A program made the translations under genes and the position numbers. Below the pieces are notes generated by a model. The model searched no databases and was not told where the DNA came from. It saw only the letters and a program-made list of their open reading frames with translations. A stretch of DNA of 64,000 bases from Convolutriloba macropyga (taxonomy: Eukaryota), in the NCBI RefSeq assembly GCF_964194025.1, contig NC_134473.1:28892001-28956000 (forward strand), read 5' to 3'. Below, in pieces: positions 23,401 through 36,909 of the stretch (its first letter is position 1; every line of letters begins with the position of its first letter).

Positions 23401-26400
23401 TTACTGATTGGGGTAATTTTAATCCAAGTGATGCTAAACTCTAGGCTTTTTACGATGATATATTCAAACAAATGCAAATGTAAGACCTGCCGTACAGAAT
23501 ATTTTTCACGCTGCTATTATAGTCCTGCGATATCGAAGTAAATTCGTCACTTCCAATCCTGTGCCAACAAAAAAACTGAAAAAAAAAGAAATATTCATTA
23601 CACTTGCCACATCTGAAAACCATTTTAAATTCGATTTGAGGGGAATCTGTCATTTTTTTAGCTATCTTTTATTTATGAGCTTTTTTATTGTGTACGACCT
23701 ATATTCAATTGACTTTTCTTTGAATTTTTTTGCAAGCTTTGATGAAACAAAAAGATTTTTGTCAATCGAAAAAATTATTTTTTTCGTGTCCAATTTAGGT
23801 TTAATTTGTTGTACATATAAATTGAATTTAAATGTATCTATAATGATATCGAGTATCGATTCTGACTCCACTAATTGTGTACCATTGACATTGTCTAAAC
23901 TGTTTAAAGAACCCAGCACAAAATCTGATTTTGAAGCATTCATGAGTTCATTGTTTTCATTTTTTAGCTTTGTAGTCAACAATTTTTATCGGCCCTTTTT
24001 AAAGCTTTCAAAATTACTGATTGGGGTAATTTGAATCCAAGTGATGCTAAACTCTAGGCTTTTTACGATGATATATTCAAACAAATGCAAATGTAAGACC
24101 TGCCGTACAAAATATTTTTCACGCTGCTATTATAGTCCTGCGATATCGAAGTAAATTCGTCACTTCCAATCCTGTGCCAACAAAAAAACTGAAAAAAAGA
24201 AATATTCATTACACTTTCCACATCTGAAAACCATTTTAAATTCAATTTGAGGAGAATCTGTCATTTTTTAGCTATCTTTTATTTATGAGCTTTTTTATTG
24301 TGTACGACCTATATTCAATTGACTTTTCTTTGAATTTTTTTGCAAGCTTTGATGAAACAAAAAGATTTTTGTCAATCGAAAAGAATTCTTTTTTTCGTGT
24401 CCAATTTAGGTTTAATTTGTTGTACATATAAAGTGAATTTAAATGTATCAATAATGATATCCAGTATCGAATCTGACTCCACTAATTGTGTACCATTGAC
24501 ATTGTCTAAACTGTTTAAAGAACCCAGCACAAAATCTGATTTTGAAGCATTCATGAGTTCATTGTTTTCATTTTTAGCTTTGTAGTCAACAATTTTTATC
24601 GGCCCTTTTTAAAGCTTTCAAAATTACTGATTGGGGTATTTTGAATCCAAGTGATGCTAAACTCTAGGCTTTTTACGATGATATATTCAAACAAATGCAA
24701 ATGTAAGACCTGCCGTACAAAATTTTTTTCAGACTGCTATTATAGTCCTGCAATATCGAAGTAAATTTGTCACTTCCAATCCTGTGCCAACAAAAAAACT
24801 GAAAAAAAAGAAATATTCATTACACTTGCCACATCTGAAAACCATTTTAAATTCGATTTGAGGAGAATCTGTCAGTTTTTTAGCTATCTTTTATTTATGA
24901 GCTTTTTTATTGTGTACGACCTATATTCAATTGACTTTTCTTTGAATTTTTTTGCAAGCTTTGATGAAACAAAAAGATTTTTGTCAATCGAAAAGAATTC
25001 TTTTTTTCGTGTCCAATTTAGGTTTAATTTGTTGTACATATAAATTGAATTTAAATGTATCTATAATGATATCGAGTATCGATTCTGACTCCACTAATTG
25101 TGTACCATTGACATTGTCTAAACTGTTTAAAGAACCCAGCACAAAATCTGATTTTGAAGCATTCATGAGTTCATTGTTTTCATTTTTTAGCTTTGTAGTC
25201 AACAATTTTTATCGGCCCTTTTTAAAGCTTTCAAAATTACTGATTGGGGTAATTTGAATCCAAGTGATGCTAAACTCTAGGCTTTTTACGATGATATATT
25301 CAAACAAATGCAAATGTAAGACCTGCCGTACAAAATATTTTTCACGCTGCTATTATAGTCCTGCGATATCGAAGTAAATTCGTCACTTCCAATCCTGTGC
25401 CAACAAAAAAACTGAAAAAAAGAAATATTCATTACACTTTCCACATCTGAAAACCATTTTAAATTCGATTTGAGGAGAATCTGTCAGTTTTTTAGCTATC
25501 TTTTATTTATGAGCTTTTTTATTGTGTACGACCTATATTCAATTGACTTTTCTTTGAATTTTTTTGCAAGCTTTGATGAAACAAACAGATTTTTGTCAAT
25601 CGAAAAGAATTCTTTTTTTCGTGTCCAATTTAGGTTTAATTTGTTGTACATATAAATTGAATTTAAATGTATCTATAATGATATCGAGTATCGATTCTGA
25701 CTCCACTAATTGTGTACCATTGACATTGTCTAAACTGTTTAAAGAACCCAGCACAAAATCTGATTTTGAAGCATTCATGAGTTCATTGTTTTCATTTTTT
25801 AGCTTTGTAGTCAACAATTTTTATCGGCCCTTTTTAAAGCTTTCAAAATTACTGATTGGGGTAATTTGAATCCAAGTGATGCTAAACTCTAGGCTTTTTA
25901 CGATGATATATTCAAACAAATGCAAATGTAAGACCTGCCGTACAAAATATTTTTCACGCTGCTATTATAGTCCTGCGATATCGAAGTAAATTCGTCACTT
26001 CCAATCCTGTGCCAACAAAAAAACTGAAAAAAAGAAATATTCATTACACTTTCCACATCTGAAAACCATTTTAAATTCAATTTGAGGAGAATCTGTCATT
26101 TTTTAGCTATCTTTTATTTATGAGCTTTTTTATTGTGTACGACCTATATTCAATTGACTTTTCTTTGAATTTTTTTGCAAGCTTTGATGAAACAAAAAGA
26201 TTTTTGTCAATCGAAAAGAATTCTTTTTTTCGTGTCCAATTTAGGTTTAATTTGTTGTACATATAAAGTGAATTTAAATGTATCAATAATGATATCCAGT
26301 ATCGAATCTGACTCCACTAATTGTGTACCATTGACATTGTCTAAACTGTTTAAAGAACCCAGCACAAAATCTGATTTTGAAGCATTCATGAGTTCATTGT

Positions 26401-29400
26401 TTTCATTTTTAGCTTTGTAGTCAACAATTTTTATCGGCCCTTTTTAAAGCTTTCAAAATTACTGATTGGGGTATTTTGAATCCAAGTGATGCTAAACTCT
26501 AGGCTTTTTACGATGATATATTCAAACAAATGCAAATGTAAGACCTGCCGTACAAAATTTTTTTCAGACTGCTATTATAGTCCTGCAATATCGAAGTAAA
26601 TTTGTCACTTCCAATCCTGTGCCAACAAAAAAACTGAAAAAAAAGAAATATTCATTACACTTGCCACATCTGAAAACCATTTTAAATTCGATTTGAGGAG
26701 AATCTGTCAGTTTTTTAGCTATCTTTTATTTATGAGCTTTTTTATTGTGTACGACCTATATTCAATTGACTTTTCTTTGAATTTTTTTGCAAGCTTTGAT
26801 GAAACAAAAAGATTTTTGTCAATCGAAAACAATTCTTTTTTTCGTGTCCAATTTAGGTTTAATTTGTTGTAAATATAAAGTGAATTTGAATGTATCAATA
26901 ATGATATCCAGTATCGAATCTGATTCCACTAATTGTGTACCATTGACATTGTCTAAACTGTTTAAAGAACCCAGCACAAAATCTGATTTTGAAGCTTTCA
27001 TGAGTTCATCGTTTTCAGTTTTAGCTTTGTAGTCAACAATTTTTATCGGCCCTTCTTAAAGCTTTCAAAATTACTGATTGGGGAATTTTGAATCCAAGTG
27101 ATGCTAAACTCAAGGCTTTTTACGATGATATATTCAAACAATTGCAAATGTAAGACCTGCCGTACAAAATATTTTTCACACTGCTATTATAGTCCTGCGA
27201 TATCGAAGTAAATTCGTCACTTCCAATCCTGTGCCAACAAAAAAACTGAAAAAAAAAGAAATATATATTACACTTGCCACATCTGAAAACCATTTTAAAT
27301 TCGATTTGAGGAGAATCTGTCAGTTTTTTAGCTATCTTTCATTTATGAGATTTTTTATTGTGTACGACCTATATTCAATTGACTTTTCTTTGAATTTTTT
27401 TGCAAGCTTTGATGAAACAAAAAGATTTTTGTCAGTCGAAAAGAATTCTTTTTTTCGTGTCCAATTTAGGTTTAATTTGTTGTGCATATAATGTGAATTT
27501 AAATGTATCAATAATGATGTCCAGTATCGAATCTGACTCCACTAATTGTGTACCATTGACATTGTCTAAACTGTTTAAAGAACCCAGCACAAAATCTGAT
27601 TTTGAAGCATTCATGAGTTCATTGTTTTCATTTTTGGCTTTGTAGTCAACAATTTTTATCGGCCATTTTTAAAGCATTCAAAATTACTGATTGGGGTATT
27701 TTGAATCCAAGTGATGCTAAACTCTAGGCTTTTTACGATGATATATTCAAACAAATGCAAATGTAAGACCTGCCGTACAAAATTTTTTTCACACTGCTAT
27801 TATAGTCCTGCGATATCGAAGTAAATTCGTCACTTCCAATCCTGTGCCAACAAAAAAACTGAAAAAAAAGAAATATTCATTACACTTGCCACATCTGAAA
27901 ACCATTTTAAATTCGATTTGAGGAGAATCTGTCAGTTTTTTAGCTATCTTTTATTTATGAGCTTTTTTATTGTGTACGACCTATATTCAATTGACTTTTC
28001 TTTGAATTTTTTTGCAAGCTTTGATGAAACAAAAAGATTTTTGTCAATCGAAAAGAATTCTTTTTTTCGTGTCCAATTTAGGTTTAATTTGTTGTACATA
28101 TAAAGTGAATTTAAATGTATCAATAATGATATCCAGTATCGAATCTGACTCCACTAATTGTGTACCATTGACATTGTCTAAACTGTTTAAAGAACCCAGC
28201 ACAAAATCTGATTTTGAAGCTTTCATGAGTTCATCGTTTTCAGTTTTAGCTTTGTAGTCAACAATTTTTATTGGCCCTTCTTAAAGCTTTCAAAATTACT
28301 GATTGGGGTATTTTGAATCCAAGTGATGCTAATTTCTAGGCTTTTTACGATGATATATTCAAACAAATGCAAATGTAAGACCTGCCGTACAAAATATTTT
28401 TCACACTGCTATTATAGTCCTGCGATATCGAAGTAAATTCGTCACTTCCAATCCTGTGCCAACAAAATAACTGAAAAAAAAAGAAATATTCATTACACTT
28501 GCCACATCTGAAAACCATTTTAAATTCGATTTGAGGAGAATCTGTCATTTTTTAGCTATCTTTTATTTATGAGCTTTTTTATTGTGTACGACCTATATTC
28601 AATTGACTTTTCTTTGAATTTTTTTGCAAGCTTTGATGAAACAAAAAATTTTTGTCAATCGAAAAGAATTCTTTTTTCGTGCCCAACTTAGGTTTAATTT
28701 GTTGTACATATAAAGTGAATTTAAATGTATCAATAATGATATCCAGTATCGAATCTGACTCCACTAATTGTGTACCATTGACATTGTCTAAACTGTTTAT
28801 AGAACCCAGCACAAAATCTGATTTTGAAGCTTTCATGAGTTCATCGTTTTCAGTTTTAGCTGAGTAGTCAACAATTTTTATCGGCCCTTCTTAAAGCTTT
28901 CAAAATTACTGATTGGGGTATTTTGAATCCAAGTGATGCTAAACTCTAGGCTTTTTACGATGATATATTCAAACAAATGCAAATGTAAGACCTGCCGTAC
29001 AAAATATTTTTCACACTGCTATTATAGTCCTGCGATATCGAAGTAAATTCGTCACTTCCAATCCTGTGCCAACAAAAAAACTGAAAAAAAAAGAAATATT
29101 CATTACACTTGCCACATCTGAAAACCATTTTAAATTCGATTTGAGGAGAATCTGTCAGTTTTTTAGCTATCTTTCATTTATGAGATTTTTTATTGTGTAC
29201 GACCTATATTCAATTGACTTTTCTTTGAATTTTTTTGCAAGCTTTGATGAAACAAAAAGATTTTTGTCAATCGAAAAGAATTCTTTTTTTCGTGTCCAAT
29301 TTAGGTTTAATTTGTTGTACATATAAAGTGAATTTAAATGTATCAATAATGATATCCAGTATCGAATCTGACTCCACTAATTGTGTACCATTGACATTGT

Positions 29401-30010
29401 CTAAACTGTTTAAAGAACCCAGCTCAAAATCTGATTTTGAAGCATTCATGAGTTCATTGTTTTCATTTTTAGCTTTGTAGTCAACAATTTTTATCGGCCC
29501 TTTTTAAAGCTTTCAAAATTACTGATTGGCGTATTTTGAATCCAAGTGACGCTAAACTCTAGGCTTTTTACGATGATATATTCAAACAAATGCAAATGTA
29601 AGACCTGCCGTACAAAATATTTTTCACACTGCTATTATAGTCCCGCGATATCGAAGTAAATTCGTCACATCCAATCCTGTGCCAACAAAAAAACTGAAAA
29701 AAAGAAATATTCATTACACTTGCCACATCTGAAAACCATTTTATATTCGATTTGAGGAGAATCTGTCAGTTTTTTAGCTATCTTTCATTTATGAGCGTTT
29801 TTTTATTGTGTACGACTTATATTCAATTGACTTTTCTTTGAATTTTTTTGCAAGCTTTGATGAAACAAAAAGATTTTTGTCAATCGAAAAAATTATTTTT
29901 TTTGTGTCAAATTTAGGTTTAATTTGTTGTACATATAAATTGAATTTAAGTGTATCTATAATGATATCGAGTATCGAATGTGACTCCACTAATTGTGTAC
30001 CATTGACATC
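20480..30010 (-). repeat. 612-bp tandem array, ~15.6 highly similar copies; monomer derived from a decayed PLE RT core
   Basis: Identical ORF translations recur every 611-613 bp in the ORF track. The minus strand holds RT-like remnants in order: TQLVESDS..(D-K-S-L-Y region), TIKKLIN/TMKRPLN, LLRYRRTII (RYVDD position), LASLG (AFLD position), IRFCAG (F.SC thumb). Confidence 0.95.
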
Positions 30011-30816
30011 AATGTTACATTTCAAACCTTTGCAGAAAGCAGAACGCAATGTGTCGGTTTTCAATCCATTCTCCGAGATTAAACATCTTATGGACGGTTC
30101 GCATATTACAACAAAATCTAATACCTATATAATTTTCCGCGAAAATTTGGAAAGTTTTTATTTTCACGAATCTTAAAAAATCTGTCTGCTTCAGTCTCTG
30201 CTTAAAAGTTGCCAGCCAGATTCAGATGTACTCAAAACCAAAGGGTAGTCTTTATTGTCTTGCGCACTTGCTTTGTTTAGAAGAAAGTTGATGTCTTTTT
30301 TTATTGCGTCTTTTTCGTTGGTCCAAAAACATGATGGTCAGGGATATTTTCTAGAAATTGCCTAAGGAACCCAGCACAAAATCTGATTTTGAACCTTCTA
30401 TGAGTTCAAAGTTTCCTTTGTTAGTTTTGTAGTCAAAAATTTTTATCGATTCTACTTAAAGCTTACAAAGTTTTATTGAATCCAAGGGATGCTAAATTCT
30501 AGGCTTTTTCCGATGATATATTCAAGCAAATGCAATTGTAAGACCTGCCGGGGAAAAGAGTTTTCACACTGCTATTTTAGTTTTCCTGCTGAACAATATT
30601 TTATTTCGACACTTTCAATCCTGCGCCAACAAAAAATTGAAATAAAAAAATGAACAGTATACTTGTAACATCTGAAGATCATTTTTAATTCAATTTGAAG
30701 AGAATTTGTCAGTTTTGTAGCCATTTTGCATTCAGAGGCCTTTTCTTTGTGTGGGACCTATATTCTTTTGACTTTTCCTTCTATTTTCTGACATGCTAGA
30801 AAAGAATTTGTTTTTA

Positions 30817-30973
30817 GAATCTATTCTGTTTCGCCCCGCAGTGTTTTTTACGCCCCCTGTTACAAATTATATATTGTTATGTAGCGTATTGATATGTAGA
30901 AAAAAGCACGTGCGCCTTGGGCCGTACAAGACATAAGACCACTAAGCTGGGGGGCCAGAAAAAGCATAGATCA
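30817..30973. mobile_element. MITE, GGATCTATTCTGTT subfamily
   Basis: GAATCTATTCTGTTT...AAAGCATAGATCA; the inverted copy at 46058-46210 has a TAAAAAAG/TAAAAACG TSD. Confidence 0.75.
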
Positions 30974-31604
30974 CTTTTTTAAATAAAACGAAGCGTTCGT
31001 CTCCATGTTAGGTTAAATTTGATGTACAAATAAAGTGATTTTAAACGTATCTAAATTCTTATCAAGTTAAGAATCTGACTCCATTAATTGCGCCCATTAA
31101 CATCGAAACCTATACAAAAACTTAACTCATCTTAAAACTTTACAAAACTAAAAAGTTTGGAACCAAGAAAACCACAGTTTTCGAAACTCTGGATATTATT
31201 TTTTCCACCATCCATCAGTTGATTTTTCGTTTTCCCCATGTTAACTTGGGGAGCATGAGAGCATGAGACCGATTACTAGTAGATGTGTTGCTTTCAAAAC
31301 AATCTCGAATAAAAGAATAGCCAAACTATCGATGGTATTGCATCTTTAACATAAAACGTTTTACATGAGTTGGAATTTGAAGTGTTTTATCTCCACTGTA
31401 AAAACCTTATAGAATCCCTTTGCTGTATTTAATGTCTTGTAGCAGGTTTACTTTTATCATAAGAGAATCACGGTAAAAATGAAAAATGAGTATATATTAA
31501 ACTAAGCAAAGGTTCCTGCTTTTGTTCTGTAGAATAGTTTGCGCTCGTAAATGTCATCTACCGCGCTACATTGAAGTTCTAATTAACTACATTTGGTTCA
31601 ATGC

Positions 31605-31713
31605 GGATCTTTTCCGTTTGTTATCATTTCCGTTTGTGCCCCCCTTATTATTTGCAACCGCAGACACGTTCTGAGGCATAACGTTCTGAGGGGAGCACAA
31701 ACGGAAAAGATCT
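31605..31713. mobile_element. GGATC-TIR MITE
   Basis: GGATCTTTTCCGTTTG...CACAAACGGAAAAGATCT; flanks TTCAATGC/TGCAATGC. Confidence 0.85.
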
Positions 31714-33758
31714 TGCAATGCTTTTCATGAAGCTAAAAACAATTTTTCAGTTTCACTTCAGTTCTCCTGTATCAAGTCTAGCATGAAATTTTAATAATTC
31801 AAGACAAACTATAAAATCTACATTGTTTCCTAATTTCCAGCAAGAGCAAAAGTTTGACGAGCCAACGACATGAATCTCTACCGGGGAGCTAACCTTCTAG
31901 TGTTCATAAACTTGCTTGGATAGATGTAAATTATTTTGACCACATTTTTAAATATATTGCATTAGATTATAAAGCATTTTCATAGGACGACTACAGAGAG
32001 ATTTTGTTTAGTTAGTGAGACATTTTGTTTAGTTAACTTCATATAAAACCCTCAGAAAATTGACAGATACATCTTGAGCTGAAAAAATTGTGTTTTCTCG
32101 ACACTTAAGTATAATAATATCAGTTTTGCTCTGAATCTTTTTTTCCCAGTTTCAGATTTTTGATGCTTTTGAATGGTGGTTTAACGCATAGTTGCGTTTA
32201 ATGCTTCATAACGGGCTTAATCCTATTATGTCAACTGGAAAAAAACTTCTTCTTATGTCTTAGAGTACAGTTATAGCTACCGCGTTACATTAATGTTACA
32301 AGGAGCTACATACATTTCAAAAAATTTTTAGAAACAAAAAGCAGTATTTTGGTATGAATTCCATACTCTGATTAAACATCCTGTAGACGAATCTCAATTC
32401 ATCTAAAATCTAATGCCTACAATAATTTCCTCCGAAAATTTGGACAGTTACTATATTTCATGAATCTTAAAAAATCTGCTGTCTGTTTTTAATCTCTGCT
32501 TCAAAATTGGCAATAAGCACGCACTGTATTTACTATTAAATCACGTATATTTTAAGCTGCAAGAGGTTAGTCGACATTTCAATTTTCATTTTGTGAAATC
32601 GGTAAAATTATCTCAAGATCTTGAGTGTTGCCTCTTGAGCTGTAAAATTTGTGTTTCCTCGATATTTAGGAATGGTTTTTATCAGTTTTTCCTCTAGAGC
32701 TTTTTTTTCTCTTGGTTTCTAATTTTTGGTCTTTTTAAATGGTTGCTGATTTATATAAATTGATCTAAAATCTATTTACAATATCATCAAAAAAAATTGA
32801 TTATCCGAATTGAGTCAAAATTACATTGAATTTTTTAATCTACACAACTAATATCTATTTTGGAAAAAAATTAACTTACAAATCAAAAAATTTATTTGAG
32901 ACATTGAACATTCGAATTTTGAAGCTATTGATTCTGTGGTTTCCTCCCTCGTCCAAAAACATATGATAGCTTGTGGATTGTAGGATTGATAAACAGTCGC
33001 TATGTCAATGTCAACAAAACGTTTTGAAAAAAAATTATGGCCAAACTGTCATGTTTTAACTAATAAAAAAATTTGATTTATTTTTCCCCCTCTTGTAATC
33101 CTAGCCGGTTTCAGCTTAATGGGGGTAAAAAATTTCAATATTCATAAGTTCTTCAATTCCATTAAGAGCCTCTGGTTTGTCCCACTAAAATTTATGAATT
33201 CCGTGACATCCTTCAATGGGTTGCTGCCTCTCCTACTGACACCTTTTTGCCTGGCCAAATTCAATTTAGGCCAAATTCAATGGCACTGCATTTATAGTTA
33301 TAAAATCTCATATATTGTGCTTCATAGAGGTTCCAGTGAAATACATACAATTAAAAACACTTTTCAAGAATTGATAAATGGTATTGTAGATTCAGATAAA
33401 TTCTCGTGTTTCAAATTTACAAAAAAATCTATTAGTCGATAACAAATTCTAACATCTACAATCATTTCATTCCAAATTGGCAATAAATTTCAAATTTGCA
33501 ATCAGTTGCCTTAAAATTGTTAAACAAATCACAAGGGTTTGACAGCTTTCTCTTTACCTGTAATTTTTTGTTCCCCGGTGTTGGAGATTAGTCTTTACTG
33601 TTTTTGCTCATTTTTGCATTGCCTCTCTTTCTCCGGTTTTTGAATGCTTTTAGATGATTGTTTGACTATTTTTTTAATCGCATCATTAAAAATCCTTTAT
33701 TTTATAAGCGTTCCTGAAATTGACATTTTATCCAAAATAACATCGTTTTCTGTAATTG

Positions 33759-34542
33759 CCCGGGTTAAAGTTTCTTTGATTTCATACAAGGATCATATAT
33801 GATTTCATACTGTCCATACTTGATTTCTTAGTACGATCCTTGTATAAAACCAAAGAAATCATATATGATCCTTGTATGATTACCAAGAAATCAGATATGA
33901 TCCTAGTACGAATACCAAGAATCATAAATCTATTTTTTGAAAATCTTTAACCATTTATGTTTGCTTGTTTTTCTTCGGTAGGGTGTCGCCTATAGGATAC
34001 CCCGGCATCAAAGTGTGATCCATCAAAAGACCCTAACGTACAATATCAATTGCAAGATGGGCACAAAATAAAAGAGTAAGTCCAAACAGATAGCAAACTT
34101 TTTGACATATTCTGAAGTTAGTTTATACATATAAATATTCATTTATAAAAAAAATAATCAAGAAAAAAATTGCATTCACGTCAAATTTAATTTCTGAATA
34201 CGTTTAAACCACAAAGTTGTTCATTTAGCGCACACAAAGAATCAAATGTGGATTGCAAATGCGATATAGTAATTTAATAAGTCCTCTGACTACATTATAC
34301 GAGAATTTGTGGCACCAGTCAATATATTATGTGTCAAGTATGACCTTGTATGATATCCATGAAATTATTTCAACTTCTATGGAAAATCAAAATTATACAG
34401 TTTTTAGTCTTTGAATTTTTTTGTATGGTCCTTGTATGACTACCAAGAATTCATACGAATCATATATGACCTAGTACGATTACTAAGAATCATAAATGAC
34501 CTAGTACGAAATCAAAGAAAGTTGTATGATCGTTGACCCGGG
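33759..34542. mobile_element. Non-autonomous CCCGGG-ended DNA transposon (CMC/EnSpm-like)
   Basis: Termini CCCGGGTTAAAG...TTGACCCGGG; TG 2-bp TSD; ~30 bp ATATGATCCTTGTATGATTACCAAGAAATC subterminal repeats. The empty site matches the paralogous PLE at ~18880-18920. Confidence 0.85.
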
Positions 34543-35139
34543 TGCTTCACTAAACACCGCATGTATTTGTGGTTCAAATTTCTGATGAAAAGTTTAATTA
34601 AGTGAAACTTTTCGAAACTTGGCCAGGGTAACCAGCACAAAATCTCGTGGCAAACCCTGTATGTGTTCAGATTAACCTGTTTTAGCATTGTATTAGTCAA
34701 CAACGAATGTCGGTTCTTCGGTAAACTTCTCTGTACAACTACTCGGTTCTACAGTAAACAAAACTAACTCAGTTATTTGGAATCCCAAGGAATGCTAGTG
34801 TCTAGGCGTCATCCGATAATAGATTCAATTAAATGTATATACTTCACTAGGAAAACTTGCCGAAAAAATCTTTTTTAAGCTGCTGTAACTGTATTGCGGC
34901 AAAATACTAAATTAACTTCTACACTTCCGATCATACGACCACAGAAAAATTAAAAGTAAAAACACACAGGACACTCGCAACATCTCAAAAATATTTTTTA
35001 TCTCAATTTGAGAGGAATTCAACAATTTTTTAACCATGTTTCATTGAAGGGTCTTCCATTGGATGCGACCCAAATCCAGTTTTTTTATTTTCTTTGATGT
35101 TTTGAGATGAAAAGGTTCTGAAAATTGAAAAAAATTGTG

Positions 35140-35301
35140 GGATCTTTTCGGTTTGTGCCCTCCCCTTAGTGCGTTATGCCTTCCGCGTTATGGAGCAAAT
35201 GTGATTACGTAAGAAACACATGTGTAAAAATTTGGTACCAAGTTTGAGTAGCCCAAACAATATTTGCCCACTAAACGGGGGTGCACAAACGGAAAAAATC
35301 T
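35140..35301. mobile_element. GGATC-TIR MITE
   Basis: GGATCTTTTCGGTTTGTGCCC...GTGCACAAACGGAAAAAATCT. Confidence 0.8.
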
Positions 35302-36800
35302 TTTTTTTAAAACTAAAATGAATGTTTTCTGAATAAAGAATTGGGTTGGCTTCTTGTTAAGTTAAAACTGATGTACAAATAAAATCTGAGTCTGAATTGT
35401 ACTCAAAAGGTCATGGGATCAATTATTCTGATTCTAAGAATTGCGTCGAATTAACATCTAAATCTTGCATATCTACAATTTACATCACTTTTTAAAAATA
35501 AATTAAACTATCAAAAATAGTTTTGAGACCCTAAAAATCACAGTTTTTGAAGCTTCGAATGTTATTTTTTCCCGCTTTGCTTCAAATGATATGCTGTATT
35601 CTTAAACAAAAACTTTTTAAAAAAATGATAGCCATGTTATCTAATTATAACAATATAAAGTCTTAGAGATAACGCCACCTCTCTGATGTTCCAATCACAT
35701 GTTCAATGCAAGATTCAACTTAATGGTATAATTGAATTCAAATGTGCGATAACCTTCAAAAGGGTGCTGCCCCATCGGCGAAACCCCCTTACTTCGATCA
35801 TCTGAAATCCTGTAGGCAAAATTGTATGTGGTATGGGTGAATTAAATTGATTTTCAATCTATAAGCATGTAATATTTGGAAAAAAAGTTTGTTTCTTCTC
35901 GAATTTTGATTTCAAAAAGTTTGATTTTGCCCCAAAACCTCATACACCAGTTTGTTCTTGTAAAATGCTGCATTAAAGTTCCAACCAACTAATTACATTT
36001 CAATAGATTTCAGGAAGACAAAAACATTTTTTTAGTTTTCAGTTCTCCTGTAACATGCCTAGTAAAATTAAATCTAAATTTTCAAGATAAAAATTTAAAG
36101 ATAAAAAAAGCCTGGGGCCGTACAAGATATAAGACCACTAAGCTGGGGGGCCAGAAAAAGCATAGATCACTTTTTTAAATAAAACGAAGCGTTCTTCTCC
36201 ATGTTAGGTTAAATTTGATGTACAACTAAAGTGATTTTAAACGTATCTAAATTCTTATCAAGTTAAGAATCTGATTCCATTAATTGCGCCCATTAACACC
36301 AAAATCTATACAAAAACTTAACTCATCTTAAAACTTTACAAAAATAAAAAGTTTGGAACCAAGAAAACCACAGTTCTCGAAACTCTGGATATTATTTTTT
36401 CCACCATCCATCAGTTGATTTTTCGTTTTCCCCATGTTAACTTGGGGAGCATGAGAGCATGAGACCGATTACTAGTAGATGTGTTGCTTTCAAAACAATC
36501 TCGAATAAAAGAATAGCCAAACTATCGATGGTATTGCATCTTTAACATAAAACGTTTTACATGAGTTGGAATTTGAAGTGTTTTATCTCCACTGTAAAAA
36601 CCTTATAGAATCCCTTTGCTGTATTTAATGTCTTGTAGCAGGTTTACTTTTATCATAAGAGAATCACGGTAAAAATGAAAAATGAGTATATATTAAACTA
36701 AGCAATGGTTTCTGCTTTTGTTCTGTAGAATAGTTTGCGCTCGTAAATGTCATCTACCGCGCTACATTGAAGTTCTAATGAACCACATTTGGTTCAATGC

Positions 36801-36909
36801 GGATCTTTTCCGTTTGTTATCATTTCCGTTTGTGCCCCCCATATTATTTGCAACCGCAGACACGTTCTGAGGCATAACGTTCCGAGGGGAGCACAAACGG
36901 AAAAGATCT
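36801..36909. mobile_element. GGATC-TIR MITE (duplicate of 31605-31713)
   Basis: Same TIRs and flanks, within the tandem duplication. Confidence 0.85.

Larger units (their letters stand above)
30010..36090 (-). mobile_element. Stack of highly decayed Penelope-like fragments with nested MITEs
   Basis: Diverged paralogs of the 612-bp unit at 30360-31090 and 34640-35440. YRG-type linker remnants at ~32100, ~32660 and ~33580. GIY-YIG-like IYEI...C...FGQA at ~33250-33315. Confidence 0.6.

Noticed and set aside
20459-30176. Dozens of repeated 60-157 aa ORFs on both strands as a tandem gene family
   Set aside because: They are by-products of the 612-bp repeat. Homopolymer indels shift frames freely between copies, and the underlying RT frame is full of stops.
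33119-33442. 107-aa ORF present in three copies (33119, 38315, 43560) as a conserved gene
   Set aside because: The copies arise from segmental duplication, one is truncated by a stop, and the ORF is antisense to a decayed GIY-YIG region.
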